Shown piece after piece: positions 44,421-58,100 of a stretch of 64,000 bases of DNA. The position numbers and the translations under genes were made by a program. Within the stretch, counting starts at the first letter, position 1. Each line of letters opens with the position of its first letter. Source of the stretch: Iphione sp. A-MEVVRFRX5 (lineage: Eukaryota); NCBI GenBank assembly GCA_976226885.1, contig OZ320317.1:49042001-49106000 (forward strand). Direction: 5' to 3'. The notes under the pieces were generated by a model. It worked only from the letters and a program-made list of their open reading frames with translations. It did no database searches and had not been told where the DNA came from.

Positions 44421-47400
44421 CCACCAGTGCTTGTCAAGTTCCTCTCAAAGTAGCCTTTTCAGATCCCCACCGCGTTCCTCTCATATCTTCGCTACTTTTT
44501 CCTCTTCTCAAATCAATCTCATCTTCTTTGTTAACCAGCCCGATTGGTTCATTATTCCGTTTTTAATGGACACGTCTTTATGTACGTTATAAAGTACCTA
44601 AAGCTTGTCAATGGATCTCGTGTATTACTGCATACAGTAGAGAAATGATCTAAATATACATCTTAACTGATTAAATATTTACAGGAAAAGTGGCAACGGA
44701 TGACTATAAATTTTGATTATAAATAGATGCGGAAAGGGTAGCTTTGATGAATTTGTTAAAAATTATATTCAAATCACATTAGTTTATTTGAAAGAAGCAA
44801 GAGATCATTAAACTAGAAATAAAGGTAAGAACAAAGCAAAGTATAACTGAAAGGGAGAAGCTGGGAAAACTGGGAAAAGTAGAAAAAATGTTTTCCTTAG
44901 TTTGTCCCCCACTCCGCTACAAAACAGTTTTTTTTCTGGGTGAAGCAAGTCCCCCAGTTAAAAAAGACATCTAATACATTATCAAAACTTTGTCATAACA
45001 TTATAGAAACATTTTTATACTATTGTTTATGGCACTATGTCGAGAATATATTGTGTTTGTAGGGCAGATTCAGTGGGTAATATCAGAATGTGACAAACTA
45101 TCGAACAACGAAATATGTAAGCAATGTATTCCAGAATAATCTCTCTTATTTATAACAAGTTAAGATTCTTAACATAGGCCAGCAATTTTTCAGGTAAATA
45201 TCCCTTTCGTAGCACTGAATGCTTACCCTTTCTCTGTATGTTGATATTAGGTGTCTGCCTGGGAAAGTAATGGTTCATGCAAACTAATGGGAGCAAATTA
45301 TACACATATCATTAATACACACATGTGCCCATAGACAAATATATGTAGCATGCATGAAGGCAGAGATAGCTTTCTCTGATGTTGAAGATCAATCGCCAGG
45401 GCCCAGGCGGATACAGCAGACGCCCTGGTCTTCTGCATCCGCAGAGATAAAAAATGGAATAATTCAGGGAGCAGATCGATCGGTAGTGTTCCCTTTCCTG
45501 TCAGCAGACGGCCTCCTTCCAGCTAAAAACCATCGTCTTTCATCTTCCCAGGAAACAACCAAAAAAGTAAATGTTCCCAGCCTCTGATATGGTTTTAGGC
45601 ATATATGTATGTGCAACCCTTTGATTTGTAAGAGATGTTCCCTCGTTTGTCTCTATCATCAAGAAGCGAACCTATTAGTATAAAATATGAGTATAAATAT
45701 TCACCTGAAGTTCCCCTCTCTACAAAAAGATAACCGCCATAGAATACTGTATAAATGACTGGTTCCCGACCGTGACTCGTCATTTGTGATGCAGCATGTT
45801 TGCTTTTTTCGTAGGAGCGTGGAGTTTGTGTTCATATGATATATTAGAGTCGCTCTCGGAGGTGTTGCCAGTGAGGCGCAGTAGGAGGCGACTGCCTACA
45901 CAAGAGCGAGCACGTCCGCTGGGCGTTGGGCCCCTGTGGGCTGCGGGAAGAGGACGTGTCAATACGCCAAGAACCAGCTCAGACGATGGGAGCTTTGGGC
46001 ACGTCAGGTGGCAGTGCGAACATGCCCCCATGAAAGGCAGCGTCTAAAGCCTGGCATTGTGCGCTGCTTTCTCAAGAGACACCCTCAGGTATTGTTTGGT
46101 GAGACAGAAAGGGGACAGAAATATAGCTGGACTTTGTTTTCATGGAATGGTTGTATAGACATTTTGAGTAGATGAAGCATAAATTATCTGTATTTTTCGG
46201 AAATTCTTTGGCTCATTCCAATTTGGAGCTGTCATAGTCAGTCAAGTACGACTTAATAGAAATATTTCTCTGCTCCTCCCTCATAAAGTTAACTTTGTGG
46301 CAGAATTTATGCCGCCGTACAAATTCTCTCCGACAGAAGCAAATTCGACTTTGTTGGGACTTTAGCTCGTAAAATGTGACAGCTATTTGGCTCTAGCCAC
46401 CTGTCTTTGCTTCCTTCCCCAGCGGAGCCTGCCTGGTCCTAGAGTGGAAACATGAATGATAGCCCTTTGCATCGGCATCAGTCAGAAGGCGGCTCCAATT
46501 TCGGGCCGTACATATACAGACACACACATAGGCAAACACACAGGTACATAGTTTGGCGGGAACACCCACGCACTACGTAAATATATGCATTCGCCTGCCA
46601 CCATTAAGCGTGTCTGTATATGTTGGGGACGCTTACTGTAAAGCGTGGCACCTAGGTAATGGCACAGTGGCACATGTCTTCTATGAGACAAAAGTACCAC
46701 CTCTCTTCAAACGAAAGGATGGTGTTGATCCGGTAGCTCGTAAGCTCGGCGGAGGTTGTGGCGAGAAGAACGAAGGCGACCGCGACAGGACATCGCATGC
46801 CAACAGAAATAGCGAAATGCATGGTTCAACACTCTCGGACTGAGGAGACGCATACATCGAGCCCTCTGAGGTGCCGAGGTCCTGCGTCTATCCGTTACCA
46901 TAGGAACCACTCTGCTGGCCAATCCTCCGTCTTCTGCCTCCCTCCTACTAACTCCCTTGCCATAAAATGTAATAGGATATTCTCTGCCTGGTTCTTGCCA
47001 TTAGAACGGCGTTTGGAGTTTTTGAGTGAGATTGATGAGCGTGGCAGTACAATCGTCATGCAAGGCCAGAAACTGCCTGAGTGCTACTTGTGTCGAGCGG
47101 AGTCTAGAAAAGAACCGGCTTACAGCTGCCAATGGCAAAGCGAGGTCTATCCAGTTACTTGAGTCATTTCGATGAGGGTAAATTCGAGGAAACGTTGCAA
47201 GCACACGACGATGAAATATCAACGGCTTTGTGCAATGCTTTATGGTCTGTAGTTATCACAACGTCTATTGAGAGTTGCTCTAAGGAATCTCACGGCTGCA
47301 TCAAATGCATTGAGTAACTCTATTATAAATCGCATAGCTCCCTATTCGTCTGATGTATTAAACCCCTTATACTACTCGCTATGGAGAGCGACTCCTACTC

Positions 47401-48185
47401 ACATGAAGGATATCCAGTGGTAGATATCGGGCTGCTCGTGTAATAATGCTCACGTGTTATGTATATAAAAGCTGTTGATATGTGGCTCGTGAGAAAACAT
47501 CGGTAATAATTCTTTACTACCTACGGACTCGTGATTCAAGGACAACCTCCGTGCTGATGTCGTTGATAAGTTTTGTTTTGATAGTATGAACCATCCTTTA
47601 TAAGAACAAAACCTACTCACGTAAAGAAATGCGGCATTTTAAGTTTGTTTTTATCCATTCAATGGAATGTGTTAAGTGCAGTTTCTTTCATCCTCCTTTA
47701 TCAAATCCTGTATGCACCCTTTAACATCTAGATGAAAGTAGGTATAAAAAGGCTGCAAGCTAAATGATATTTAGGCTGTAGTGTAACATTACCACATTCT
47801 CTGACGCAGCCCGATCTACATATTGTCTATACATTGTATATAAATCAGTTTTCAAGCTATTAACATTTGTTTGGGGTTCAGCCAAAATACTAACTGCAAC
47901 AGTCACTATATCGCTATATATGCCTGATGTTAATATTTTTTTAGAAACCGGATAGCCTAGATGTCTTGTGCTCAGAATTGAAACAGTAAAAATCGTCCTA
48001 CAAAATTGAGGTATAGCGTAACAATCGCACCCCTTTTCATACACTTTCAAATGTTCATAATGCCTAGCGTTACTCACAAGTTAATGTGCTTCAAATTAGG
48101 CCTGAGGTTGCGAATCACTTGTGAGATACACGGGTAAAATATTTTCGGCATGTAGAGTTAGAACTATGGAAGTGTTAACACTTTC

Positions 48186-48791
48186 AGGGTCAGTTTCTTT
48201 ACCTGCGTTGGCGTCTGTGTGCATTCCCATCAGTTTCCCATCCGTTCCCAGCTGTTTTTTATGATACTGTAGCTTTCATTGGAGAGTGCCAAATGCATCC
48301 GTGTGCATTGATGTCCGTTGGTGTCTGTTTGGCATCTGTTGTCAGTTAACGGTCCTTGACCGATAATTCAATGCAAACGGACCAAAAATGGACAGCAGTT
48401 TACTACCACTAGTCAGGGGAAATAGCATAAAAACCATGTCAAAACACATTAAAAACCATCCTTTAACTAGTAAAATTCATTAGTTTTGCCACTATTCCTG
48501 TCAAATTTGTCCTTTAACTAGTGAAAATTCACTGGTTTTTGCAACTATTCCTGTCACATTTGTCCTTTTTTATCCTTTAACTAGTGAAATTCACTAGTTT
48601 TTACTAGTCCCATCAATGTTGTACTTCTCCTGCAGCCATAATGTAGCCATGACGGACCCAAAATGCATAATCAAATGACATCCCTGTGCGTTGAGGTGCG
48701 TGATTGGAAAAGGCATGTAAAACGCATCTTAACGCAAATGGATACCAACGGATACCTCATGGATACCAACGCAAGTAAGGAAACCAACCCT
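48186..48791. mobile_element. MITE-like element with subterminal inverted repeats and internal ~52-bp tandem repeats (48459-48608)
   Basis: agggtcagtttctttacctgcgttgg pairs with ccaacgcaagtaaggaaaccaaccct; internal tcctttaactagtgaaaattca x3. A related end sequence occurs at ~20566-20600. Confidence 0.65.
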
Positions 48792-49943
48792 CACAATGCT
48801 AGGTAATGCACATTGACCCAAGGTGTCAATTGGCATTGCAATGACATGTCAATTGACATATAAATATAACTATGCTCATATTTTCACTGCTAATCCTGAT
48901 ATAAAGATGACACATTTCTGAATTTCTCTGACAGGCAGCTTTCAGCAGAATCTTGTTGGGCTCATATACAACTATTTTGACAAGAATTCTCTATCATTTT
49001 CTTCAAGGAATCATGTGATAGTTGTTTTTGAAAAATACATTCCTGAACTTTGATGTCCAAATTCATCATACTGATCGGAAATTACTCCTGATGAATCATC
49101 CTAATAGTAAATGTTGGTAGTTCATGTCACAAACAAATGATATCTTCTGAAATCTTTTCCAGTTGGTGCTCTATGAGCAGTTTTTTTGTAAATTCCAATT
49201 TCAAACCTCCAGACAACATAGAGAAAAATTAACATTTTCGGTAAAGTATAATTGGATGCCACGGCAACCATGACATTTTCCAAATTTTTATTATCATCAT
49301 ATAGAGTACACTACATACTACTTCATAGTACACTACATACTATAGTATAAAGTTTTCTGATACAATGAGCAATGTATCCTCAATTTAATCCACAAAACCA
49401 GCTTTTTGTAAAATAAATGAAGTTGAGACTGTAAGATACTTGAGAATACATCAGCAGTAAAAGTCGTCAAAGTTTTTCCGCGATGGTACTAGTTGCTTCT
49501 AATTTAAACTAGCATTGAGATGAGTTCTTTATGACATGAATTGTCCGTTCCCTCCAATAACATTCACAGTATCACAGAACATGACCAGTTTGTACCATAG
49601 CCTTATATACCTCTGTACATTTTTCACCTTATCTCTCATACCCTTTATTTGTTCTCATTGTGTCTCACTCCCCCATGACTCCGATTTACTTTCCTCACTC
49701 ATTTACACTCCTTGATATCCGTTCTTACCTCTCCTCGTGGAATGATGGATGCGAGCGCTGTAATAAGGATAGGCACCGGACCATGGTGGCTAGGATGAAT
49801 GTAATGAAGGCAGGTATCACATTATGCGATAAGTAGAGCTGTAAAGGGGAACATGCTTTGTAAGTGTGGAATAGTCTCATAGGCTGAAATCATGAGGGCA
49901 CAGGACAAAGAAAGAGACAGTACTGAGAGCAGCATACCCGGGT

Positions 49944-50105
49944 ACAGTCAAAAAGGTAGGATATTTGCGCGCAGTCCGATGGCTGGGGCATTCGTGCACA
50001 GTCATATAGGTCGGACATCCAGGTGCAGTCAGATAGACTGAATATCTGTGCATGGTTAGATAGGTGGGACATTTATGCATGGTTATATTGAGTCGAATAC
50101 GTGAG
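49944..50105. repeat. Degenerate 27-bp minisatellite, 6 units
   Basis: Units acagtcaaaaaggtaggatatttgcgc, gcagtccgatggctggggcattcgtgc, acagtcatataggtcggacatccaggt, etc. Confidence 0.75.
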
Positions 50106-50120
50106 CACAGTTGCATAAGG

Positions 50121-50122
<2 letters not shown>

Positions 50123-50161
<39 letters not shown>
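50123..50161. repeat. (GA)n microsatellite
   Basis: Directly visible. Confidence 0.98.
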
Positions 50162-50167
<6 letters not shown>

Positions 50168-53100
50168 GCGGGAGAGCGAGGAGTGAGAGAGAGCGTGTTG
50201 TCACATCCTGTATGCATGTACATCATGTCCTATTAGTTTTCTTTTCTGTCTGCGGCAAGCACTTAGGCTGAGTTTGGCTAAATGCTGTTTTTGTAACTTG
50301 ATTATGAGATAACCCGTACTTGCCCTTGGTTTGGTCTGACTTTGCTATAGGGCAGCTTAATCTGGACCTAGTTTCATCGCGGTGCAGTTTGGTAGGGTAA
50401 TGAAATGAGGGCGTATGTTGGTCATTGGTTGCTTTTCCTCTGTCTTACGTTTAACCCTTTGGATGAATAATGGACCACGGCATCACCAGCGCGGGGCACA
50501 GGATATCCATGCGTATTCATTTAATACATTTCAGGTGGCTTTTAAGATACATCTCCCTAATTCTATCTGTCGTGGTCAAATCCAGGAACAGCTCATTCTT
50601 TGGAATGTTCATCGATATGAAGAACCATCCAACTTTAAGAATTTAATAAATCGGAGGGGACATGCAAGGTGTTTACGTTAGCCAAGGCCTTAGTACCGAA
50701 TAAATACATGTATTTAATGTTACATGAGTCATATTGATACAAGGACAAACACTGACTCAATATTTCTATGAATACTGTACATTGTTCTTGCATATAAATT
50801 TTCGTAAGAAACAGTCAGTCTTCAATAACCGGTTAGTTAATTGCAGAAAATCAATTAAATTGATTTATTTCCCTCCAGGATATCTGATTTTCTAATGTAG
50901 GCCTACATGGAAACATCAGTGAAAAAGAGCTGGTTTAAATAACGTATTTTTCTTCTAAAGTGTTGTTTCATTGGCTTAAATATAGCACTTTACCCTCCTG
51001 TGTGATTTACGAACCGCATGCTGTTTGCGTATTTCAATAGATGTCCAAAAATAGACAAAATGAACTATGTATAAATGTATTTTACTGTGGGATAATGGAA
51101 GCAACGTGGCAGCCAATGGCCCATCCTTGTTTACCTGTGTACGGCTAGATTGAAAGGGACGATAATGGTTTGTTTTGGAACCGATATATATTTATTATAT
51201 TATTATGCTCGATCCAAGGTGCTTCTTCGCATTTATAATACAGTAACATTCAGTTTGAAACCTCCAAATAGCGCCTTAAGTACTACTTCCCTAGCACTTT
51301 ATTTTTGCAATAGTCATAAAAATGTTGGCTCTCAAATTACAACTGGCTCACAAGTGATGACAATGCTGATTATTATTTTTGGTGGTTTCTATTACTTCTG
51401 CTGTCCTAATTTTCATCGCATCTGTCTCATGTAACAATGGCATTATGACCGAGTGTATAGAGGTGAGCATTAATGACTGAATCAATATAATTTCCTATGT
51501 CGGATTACCATACAGAAGGGCTCGGTCTTGTTATTAGGAACGGCGGAAGGCTTTGGCAAAACAGGGCTTTGGTCTCGTGGAAGGTATGAAAGGTAATCTT
51601 CAGTTGATCTTAGATGTCCTCTCTTTTCGCTATTTGAAGTAGAGACGAGAGAGTCGGAGCTCTACGCTAGTATTGCGTAGTTCCACCCTATGGGATGCAG
51701 TATTGAGGCTGAAAATAATTTTCGCTGCTCAGTCTAGGTTAGCATTTGTGTAAGAGGGACAATTCATTATTGTTGACACATTTATCCCGCTCTGGGGTTT
51801 GACAGATTACTTACAGTTAACGGCACACGTACCTGTTGTCCCAACTTCTCCTATTGAGGCGAGTCTGACAGGATTGATTAAATTCTCATTTGAATTAAAG
51901 CATAGCACCAGCTAGAGTCGTCAGTAATATCAATAAGTGAGACATATATTACATCATGAATAATCACTATTAAACATCGCCAATTCTTCTCAGTTGACAT
52001 TAGCCACGGGCAATTTAGCTTGCTTTAGGTTTGGTTCCCTCAGGAAGAGCCAAGAGAAACGAGAGTATCACTCTTCAGTGTGGCGCTAAGAGGGCATTCG
52101 TGACCTGCCTGGCCGTGTCGGGTAGGGACGGTGTGAGGCTCTCTTCCCGGTATGGCGCCCCTGTTCGGGATTAGGGGCTCATTTGGGCGGCGTGTCCGCC
52201 TGCCAACAGCAACGGGGCAACATTGATTAGGTGTGAATTGATGGACTAGCCTCGGAGAAGCATTATTTCAAAGCAATGCTAATATAGTTTCACTTGTTCT
52301 GTTTCTTTAACTCTCCCTTTTCGTCGCCTCCCTTTCGACCTATTCTGTCTCATTCAGGCTTTCTGCCCCGGAAGTCTTTGTGCTCGGAAGTCTCTCTGAT
52401 TCTCTTTCCAGCTTTTTTTCTTATCTCTCCCTGTCTATTCATCATCCCTGCTCCCGCCCTTTCTTTTGTCGCAACTCCTGCATCTCCCGTTGTCCCTAAC
52501 GCTATATTAGTGAACTATCATTTTGTGACTATCTTGGATCAGTATTTTTACGTATGTTCTCTACCTATCTAACTAATTGGTTCTATGTCTCCCTCTCATT
52601 TTGATAACATGTGTGGCATTTGATATCCCCTGTATATGTTGTTCTCTGTGTCTGTAAAAATACCATTCTTATTATCTATGTCCCTCATTTTTTTGTTCTC
52701 TGAAATAGATTTAACTCACCTACAAATGCTTTGCCTTTAAAACACCCTGATGATGCAAGTGAGAAACAAAATTTCTCGACTTGGCTTCTGAATGGAAAAT
52801 TATCCAGTTTTCGGAGAATTACATAGCAAACGTGCCTAGTAACAAATTCAATTATTTCTGAACCAACGTTGACAACTACTGTCATCCATACGGGCAAATA
52901 GAACCAATCGCATTGCCTTGTACGGACTTCACTCTCCTATCTAACTCACTCACCTGTTCGCTACTGGCCCTCAGCACGCCTGCAGGTGACAAATGCTTTC
53001 CATTTCTGTACGGAAGCTGGGCCCATTTGCCATTTCCCTTACAATGGCTTCGCGTTCTAGTTGATAATTCGTCGCATCAGGGCTTGGCCACAGAGTCTAT

Positions 53101-54799
53101 GACTGTTAGAGGGTTTCTTCATGCGGAGCTAATATGTGTCACCAATATTTGGGCAGTACCATTATCTAACCTAACATTTATTAGGATCATGGGCGAATTT
53201 TTGTCAACAAGTATAAAAAATATTCGTTGCCATTTGTATCTGACTTGTTAGTATTTCAAATCTCGAATAGACTACCGGAAAAGGATCGATAAGTGTTATG
53301 CTACGCAAGCGGCAAGTTGTCCCTGATCGTTTCAGTCTGCAACACCCAGGACAATTGATTGATGGTGAGGAATGATCTTGGAACCAATGGAAATGCGTAT
53401 TTATTATCGAGACGCAGACATACCTAATATATTCTCCTTCCCAATCTGCTCTCGGCAAGAAATATTTTGCCTTACCTTTCTCGTTTAACCGAAAAAAAAG
53501 CAGAAACTTCCGTTTGCAGGTCAGTAGTGGAGAATCTGTAACTGTTGACCCTCGTTTCTGGCTGGACAAATAACTAGCCATAGGTCAAGGCGAGGACGGG
53601 GCGCTATGAGACTAAACAAGAGCGTCCCAGGCGACCGGGGAATTTATGGGATATCTAACTGACCTGCTGCAGACCAATGTCTATATTTTCATTTCACATT
53701 TCCGAGTTATTGGCTTGACCGAATACTCAGTCAACAATTTTTTATTATAATTATTAGATCCCTTAGTTCACGTGAAACGCGTGATCATCCTTGCTGTCGG
53801 ATAGGCCAATATCTAGCAAGAATTACTTATTAGTCCTTTTTTGATACGGCGAAAAGCGTTGTCCTCAGTTTCAGCTATCCAACATCCATTCATTTCAGAT
53901 GGCATGATAAACAACATAGAAGACCTACGGATAAGGTTCGGTAGAATACATACATAACATTAAGATATAACTGGATAAGAACAGAATTGTGAAATTAAAA
54001 AATAACATTCACACAATTTTGACTATAATCCATCGGTTTGTCATGTCTGTACGTTTTTTTCTCTATGGGAAGAAATATTTGAAATATAGGAACGTCTACA
54101 TTTAGATTGATGAATCATTGTACAGCAGCACTTTGAGTCAAGAAGGTTTCCTCCTATATTAAAAAAGCTACACTAACGCTCGGAGGATACAGGTAAGATC
54201 CAAAGTGAATTACCACATTTGAAAAAGAAACGGTACGAATATCAATAACTTCGTACTCAAATGGAACTTCGGGGAAGCAAATTGAGTAGCTGAAGGGCGT
54301 GCAGTTTATGGCACAGAATAAAACGGCTCCATTTCCAGCGACTACAACGCGGATGTATAGCAAACACGGATATGTTTACACTCGGACCAATTTCCGGTAA
54401 TGCCGCCGGCATCAGAGAGAGTATTAGGTTTCGGTGCAGAGTCGTGCCCAGGTTATCAGCAAAACTACAAGAAAACTCAAAGACGCTTCTCAATAATACA
54501 TTGCCGATTAATTGCCTGATTATTCCGAGCCTACACAACCGCTTCATGTCACTATCATATTCGTTCGTTGGTTTTCTTTTCCCATTGGAGGGCATATCCT
54601 CGGAGTATCGATTGTTATTTCACAACTCAGCATTCAGTAGACCCATACTTTGTGAAAAGTGAAATTATCCAAGGATTTAAAGCGTAACTACCAGTATGCT
54701 TTTCATTGTGGATCCCATAGAGATATTCCTATTTGCTCTTCCATGCGATCGCACAGGGGCCAGTTGGTCCACTCTGCCCGGTCAAAACCGGCGAAAAGA

Positions 54800-55100
54800 C
54801 AAGCAAGAAGATCGTAACGAATATCGACACTGACGCGGCGTCTTACCGCTGCCTACCTCCATTACCAGCGCTCTTCAGACCGGAAGCCGGCGCACCCCTA
54901 ACATCCGGCTACTACGGTTGTAATTCACCCGCGAGGGGTCTCTAGTATCGCTGATGATTTTTAGGCGCGCATGCTTGAACCACAAGGTAGAGCGTCCGAT
55001 GAAGAGCCGCCCTGCCCCCCTTGAGCCGCCGGCCGTCAAGCCGTCAACCAGTACGTGTGGCTTCCCGGCTTCAAGCCCAGCTCTTTCTTCTCGAGTGTCA
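54800..55100. promoter_or_regulatory. CpG-rich promoter/enhancer-like island
   Basis: CCGGAAG, GCGCGCATGC (NRF1-like), CTTCCCGG and high CpG density. Confidence 0.3.
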
Positions 55101-58100
55101 TTACACAATCTCTGACATGGCCCTCCTCAAAGGAAGGGGCTTGGGGCCTGAACACCGCGGAGCTAAGGCCTTGCGTGCCCTCATTCCTTTTCAATGTCGG
55201 AGTAGGATGTTCTGATGTCATTAAGGAAGAATAGCTTGAGCCAATTTCGGTTCTCAGCACGAGCCACGTGACATTGAGCAAGAGGAGGGCATTGCCCCAC
55301 CAAAAGCAGGACTTGCTGCATTGCCCCCTGTTGGTCATTCGATGAGTTATCATCAAAGACCCGGGTCCCTCGTCGTTGGATCCCCGTCTATGTTTCTCCA
55401 CAAATATATCTCTTTTATACATCCCTGCCTCCAGGCTGCCGTCGGCCGACTGTCAATAGGATGTATAATGCATTGGCCCGTCCTGCCTGTGCCGATGACA
55501 GCCCAGGGTGTAGCAGGAACGGAGGGGGCGATAGAAAGGAATAGCTTAGGGAGGCAAGAGCGCCACAGAAGCAAGGGAAAGGAAGGGATGGGGGTGGGGT
55601 ACGGGTCACTTGGTGAAGGGAGGATGGGATGCGGATGGCAGTGTGCCTGTGATCACCCGCGAACTCCCGGGAGAGAGCAGATGACAAATAGTCTCTCATC
55701 TGGGGCCAATATGGTCTCCACACCACCATCTATTGCACCAGCCGCTCTCCAAGCGACGCTCAGGGCCGCGAACACATCGTGGCCAATCGTCTAAGAAGGA
55801 ATACGTAAACAGTGAGGTTCAAACCATCTGACTTCCTTAGTTAAGCTCCCACCAGCGCCCTGTCATACGGTGGATGGTTTCAATGTGCTTATAATGTAGG
55901 GTGGGCCCCAGCACCATCCGTAAGGGTATATAAACATACACAAGTTGATCGCTTCCAAATATTTACAGCATTACGCCACGGCACAGAACAGGAAGGAACG
56001 TGTACATTCAAATGCTCTATGAGGAGATGTAAACGTTATGTAGGATGTAAACGTTATGTATGTAATGTAGGAATACATGTATAGACATGTATGACATTGT
56101 ATAGAGGAGATGGGTGAAAAGGAAGGGTCTCGATTGAGACACGTTGAAGACCTGAGTGTCCAAATAAATAGATCAGTTAATCTAATGATGGGCAATATTT
56201 CAGTGAAGTAACAATAAAAAAACGTGCCTTAAAAGTCATTTTAAACATTATAAAAAGCGGAAGATCTTAATGCATCACAATCTATGAATAATATTTTGTA
56301 GGACTCGGTACCCTTAGTTTCCCAAGGGAAAGCCACATAGACTTGACTCCAATAATTTCCGTTTCATATATAAGCTTCAAGCAGCGGGAAAACGGGATAG
56401 GACTGGTACCCATTGAGCGTTTTCTCATTGCATTGCTACCACGCCTAATGTCGCGATCTTTAACATGAAAGGTAAACAGTATTATAATATTAAACTGTAC
56501 GCCAGTAGCTGCTGACATTTACCGTGAAGAAATAAGAAGTCAGTGCTTGTATGGGAAGGTGCCACGATGAGAGTTCTTATTCTGTACGGGAAATAGTCCG
56601 CCTTCTTATTAGTGCCATTATGCGCTTTGCCTAAAATGAGTCAAATGGTGCCCTCAATTAATCATACAAGACGCAGCACACAGACCAGATTGGTTAGAGG
56701 AATCGGCCCATGCTTCAGAAATACCGTGAAAAGAAGAAAATGAATGCTACATATGCCACATATCCAGTGACTACTAGAGGTCTACAAGCATCAGGCGTGA
56801 CAAGTTAGTATACATTCTGTCAGGTATGAAAAGTGATCAATGCCCTTCAGTATATCACACGAGAAAAGGAGACAGGAAGAATCAGTAACGCAAGTACTTA
56901 GATAGCAAGGTTCTTAGAAAGGAGGAACTACAAACGAATGACAATACGGTGACTGTGACTCCCGAAGTCCGGTTCTAATTTAGACACGGGCTGAAACAGA
57001 AGAAACTAGAATGAATTCGAAAATATTTAAATTTTGTAATGTTTACGTCACTATTAACAGCGAAGGTATGTGGATTTTTTTCAACCTACACTAATTTTAC
57101 ACAACCAAGCACTATGAATGTGCATATTATGTTCCAGATAACCAAGTCTCCTTCATCGTCATCCCCTCTATGGATATCCTCGGTCAACCAGTTTCTAACT
57201 ATAGGGCCCGCCGGATAACACGCTACATGGTGTATATCAAAAATATGTATAAATCAATTCAATACCTGTTGATGTGTGTCAGCGTACATTATGCTGTAAA
57301 ATGTAATTGCGTATGTTACTGTGAGAAGCATAGGGGATAGTGTTGATCATACATATATTTCTCCTGACATTGCTAAAATTGACGAGGAGGATGCACTAGT
57401 CTAATATGCAGTACTGGCTTTTCCGCCACACTTGCTGACTATAGCCTCGGACTGGTAATACAGCACAGTAGCGTGTTTAATGCACTTTCTGGAGAAATCC
57501 GAGATGGGCTAGCCGCATTAACCAAAGCAAAACTTGGAATAGTTACACTAGGGCCATAGAGGACCTCGATATATCGCCTCATCTTAAAAGAGACTTGCCG
57601 ATTTGGTGTCCGTCCATAGTTTTCAAGTGCGCGAGACACGACAAAGAAAGGTTGCCGCCTGGTGTGACAGCGGACATTCTGAGGAGTGCAACAGTACATA
57701 TGCATTTGGTTTGCATTTGATGTACCTCCTGGGACCTTGCCCCGGGATACTTTCTTATCATATATTGAGCTCGATGCTGAAAACCAAGTGTTGGCTGTCC
57801 TCCAGTGTAAATAGAAGTACAGTGAGCTATTGTGGCCTGGGGACACAATGTTTCTCACACAGCAACTACATCGTGTGAAAGTAAGGGAAGTAGAAAACAT
57901 AACGATTAATCCATCCGTGCATTAACTGATCATTTGCTAAACAAGCACTGTCCCTATATGCAGTAGTTCTTGGTGCCCCCCTTCCGCTTCTAGGTCCAGC
58001 TTTATTGTTCGAGGTGTTTTTAAGTCAAAAATACATATAACGATGTTAATTTTATCTAGCCAAATGGTGCTTCTTTTTGAATATCCAACAGCCTTGGGAA

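Noticed and set aside
46758-47317. Protein-like ORFs 46758-47162 and 47132-47317
   Set aside because: No recognisable motif or splice support; cannot be called from sequence alone.
54154-57900. Protein-like readings at 54154-54662, ~56330-56560 and 57439-57900
   Set aside because: Interrupted and without identifiable family motifs; insufficient evidence.
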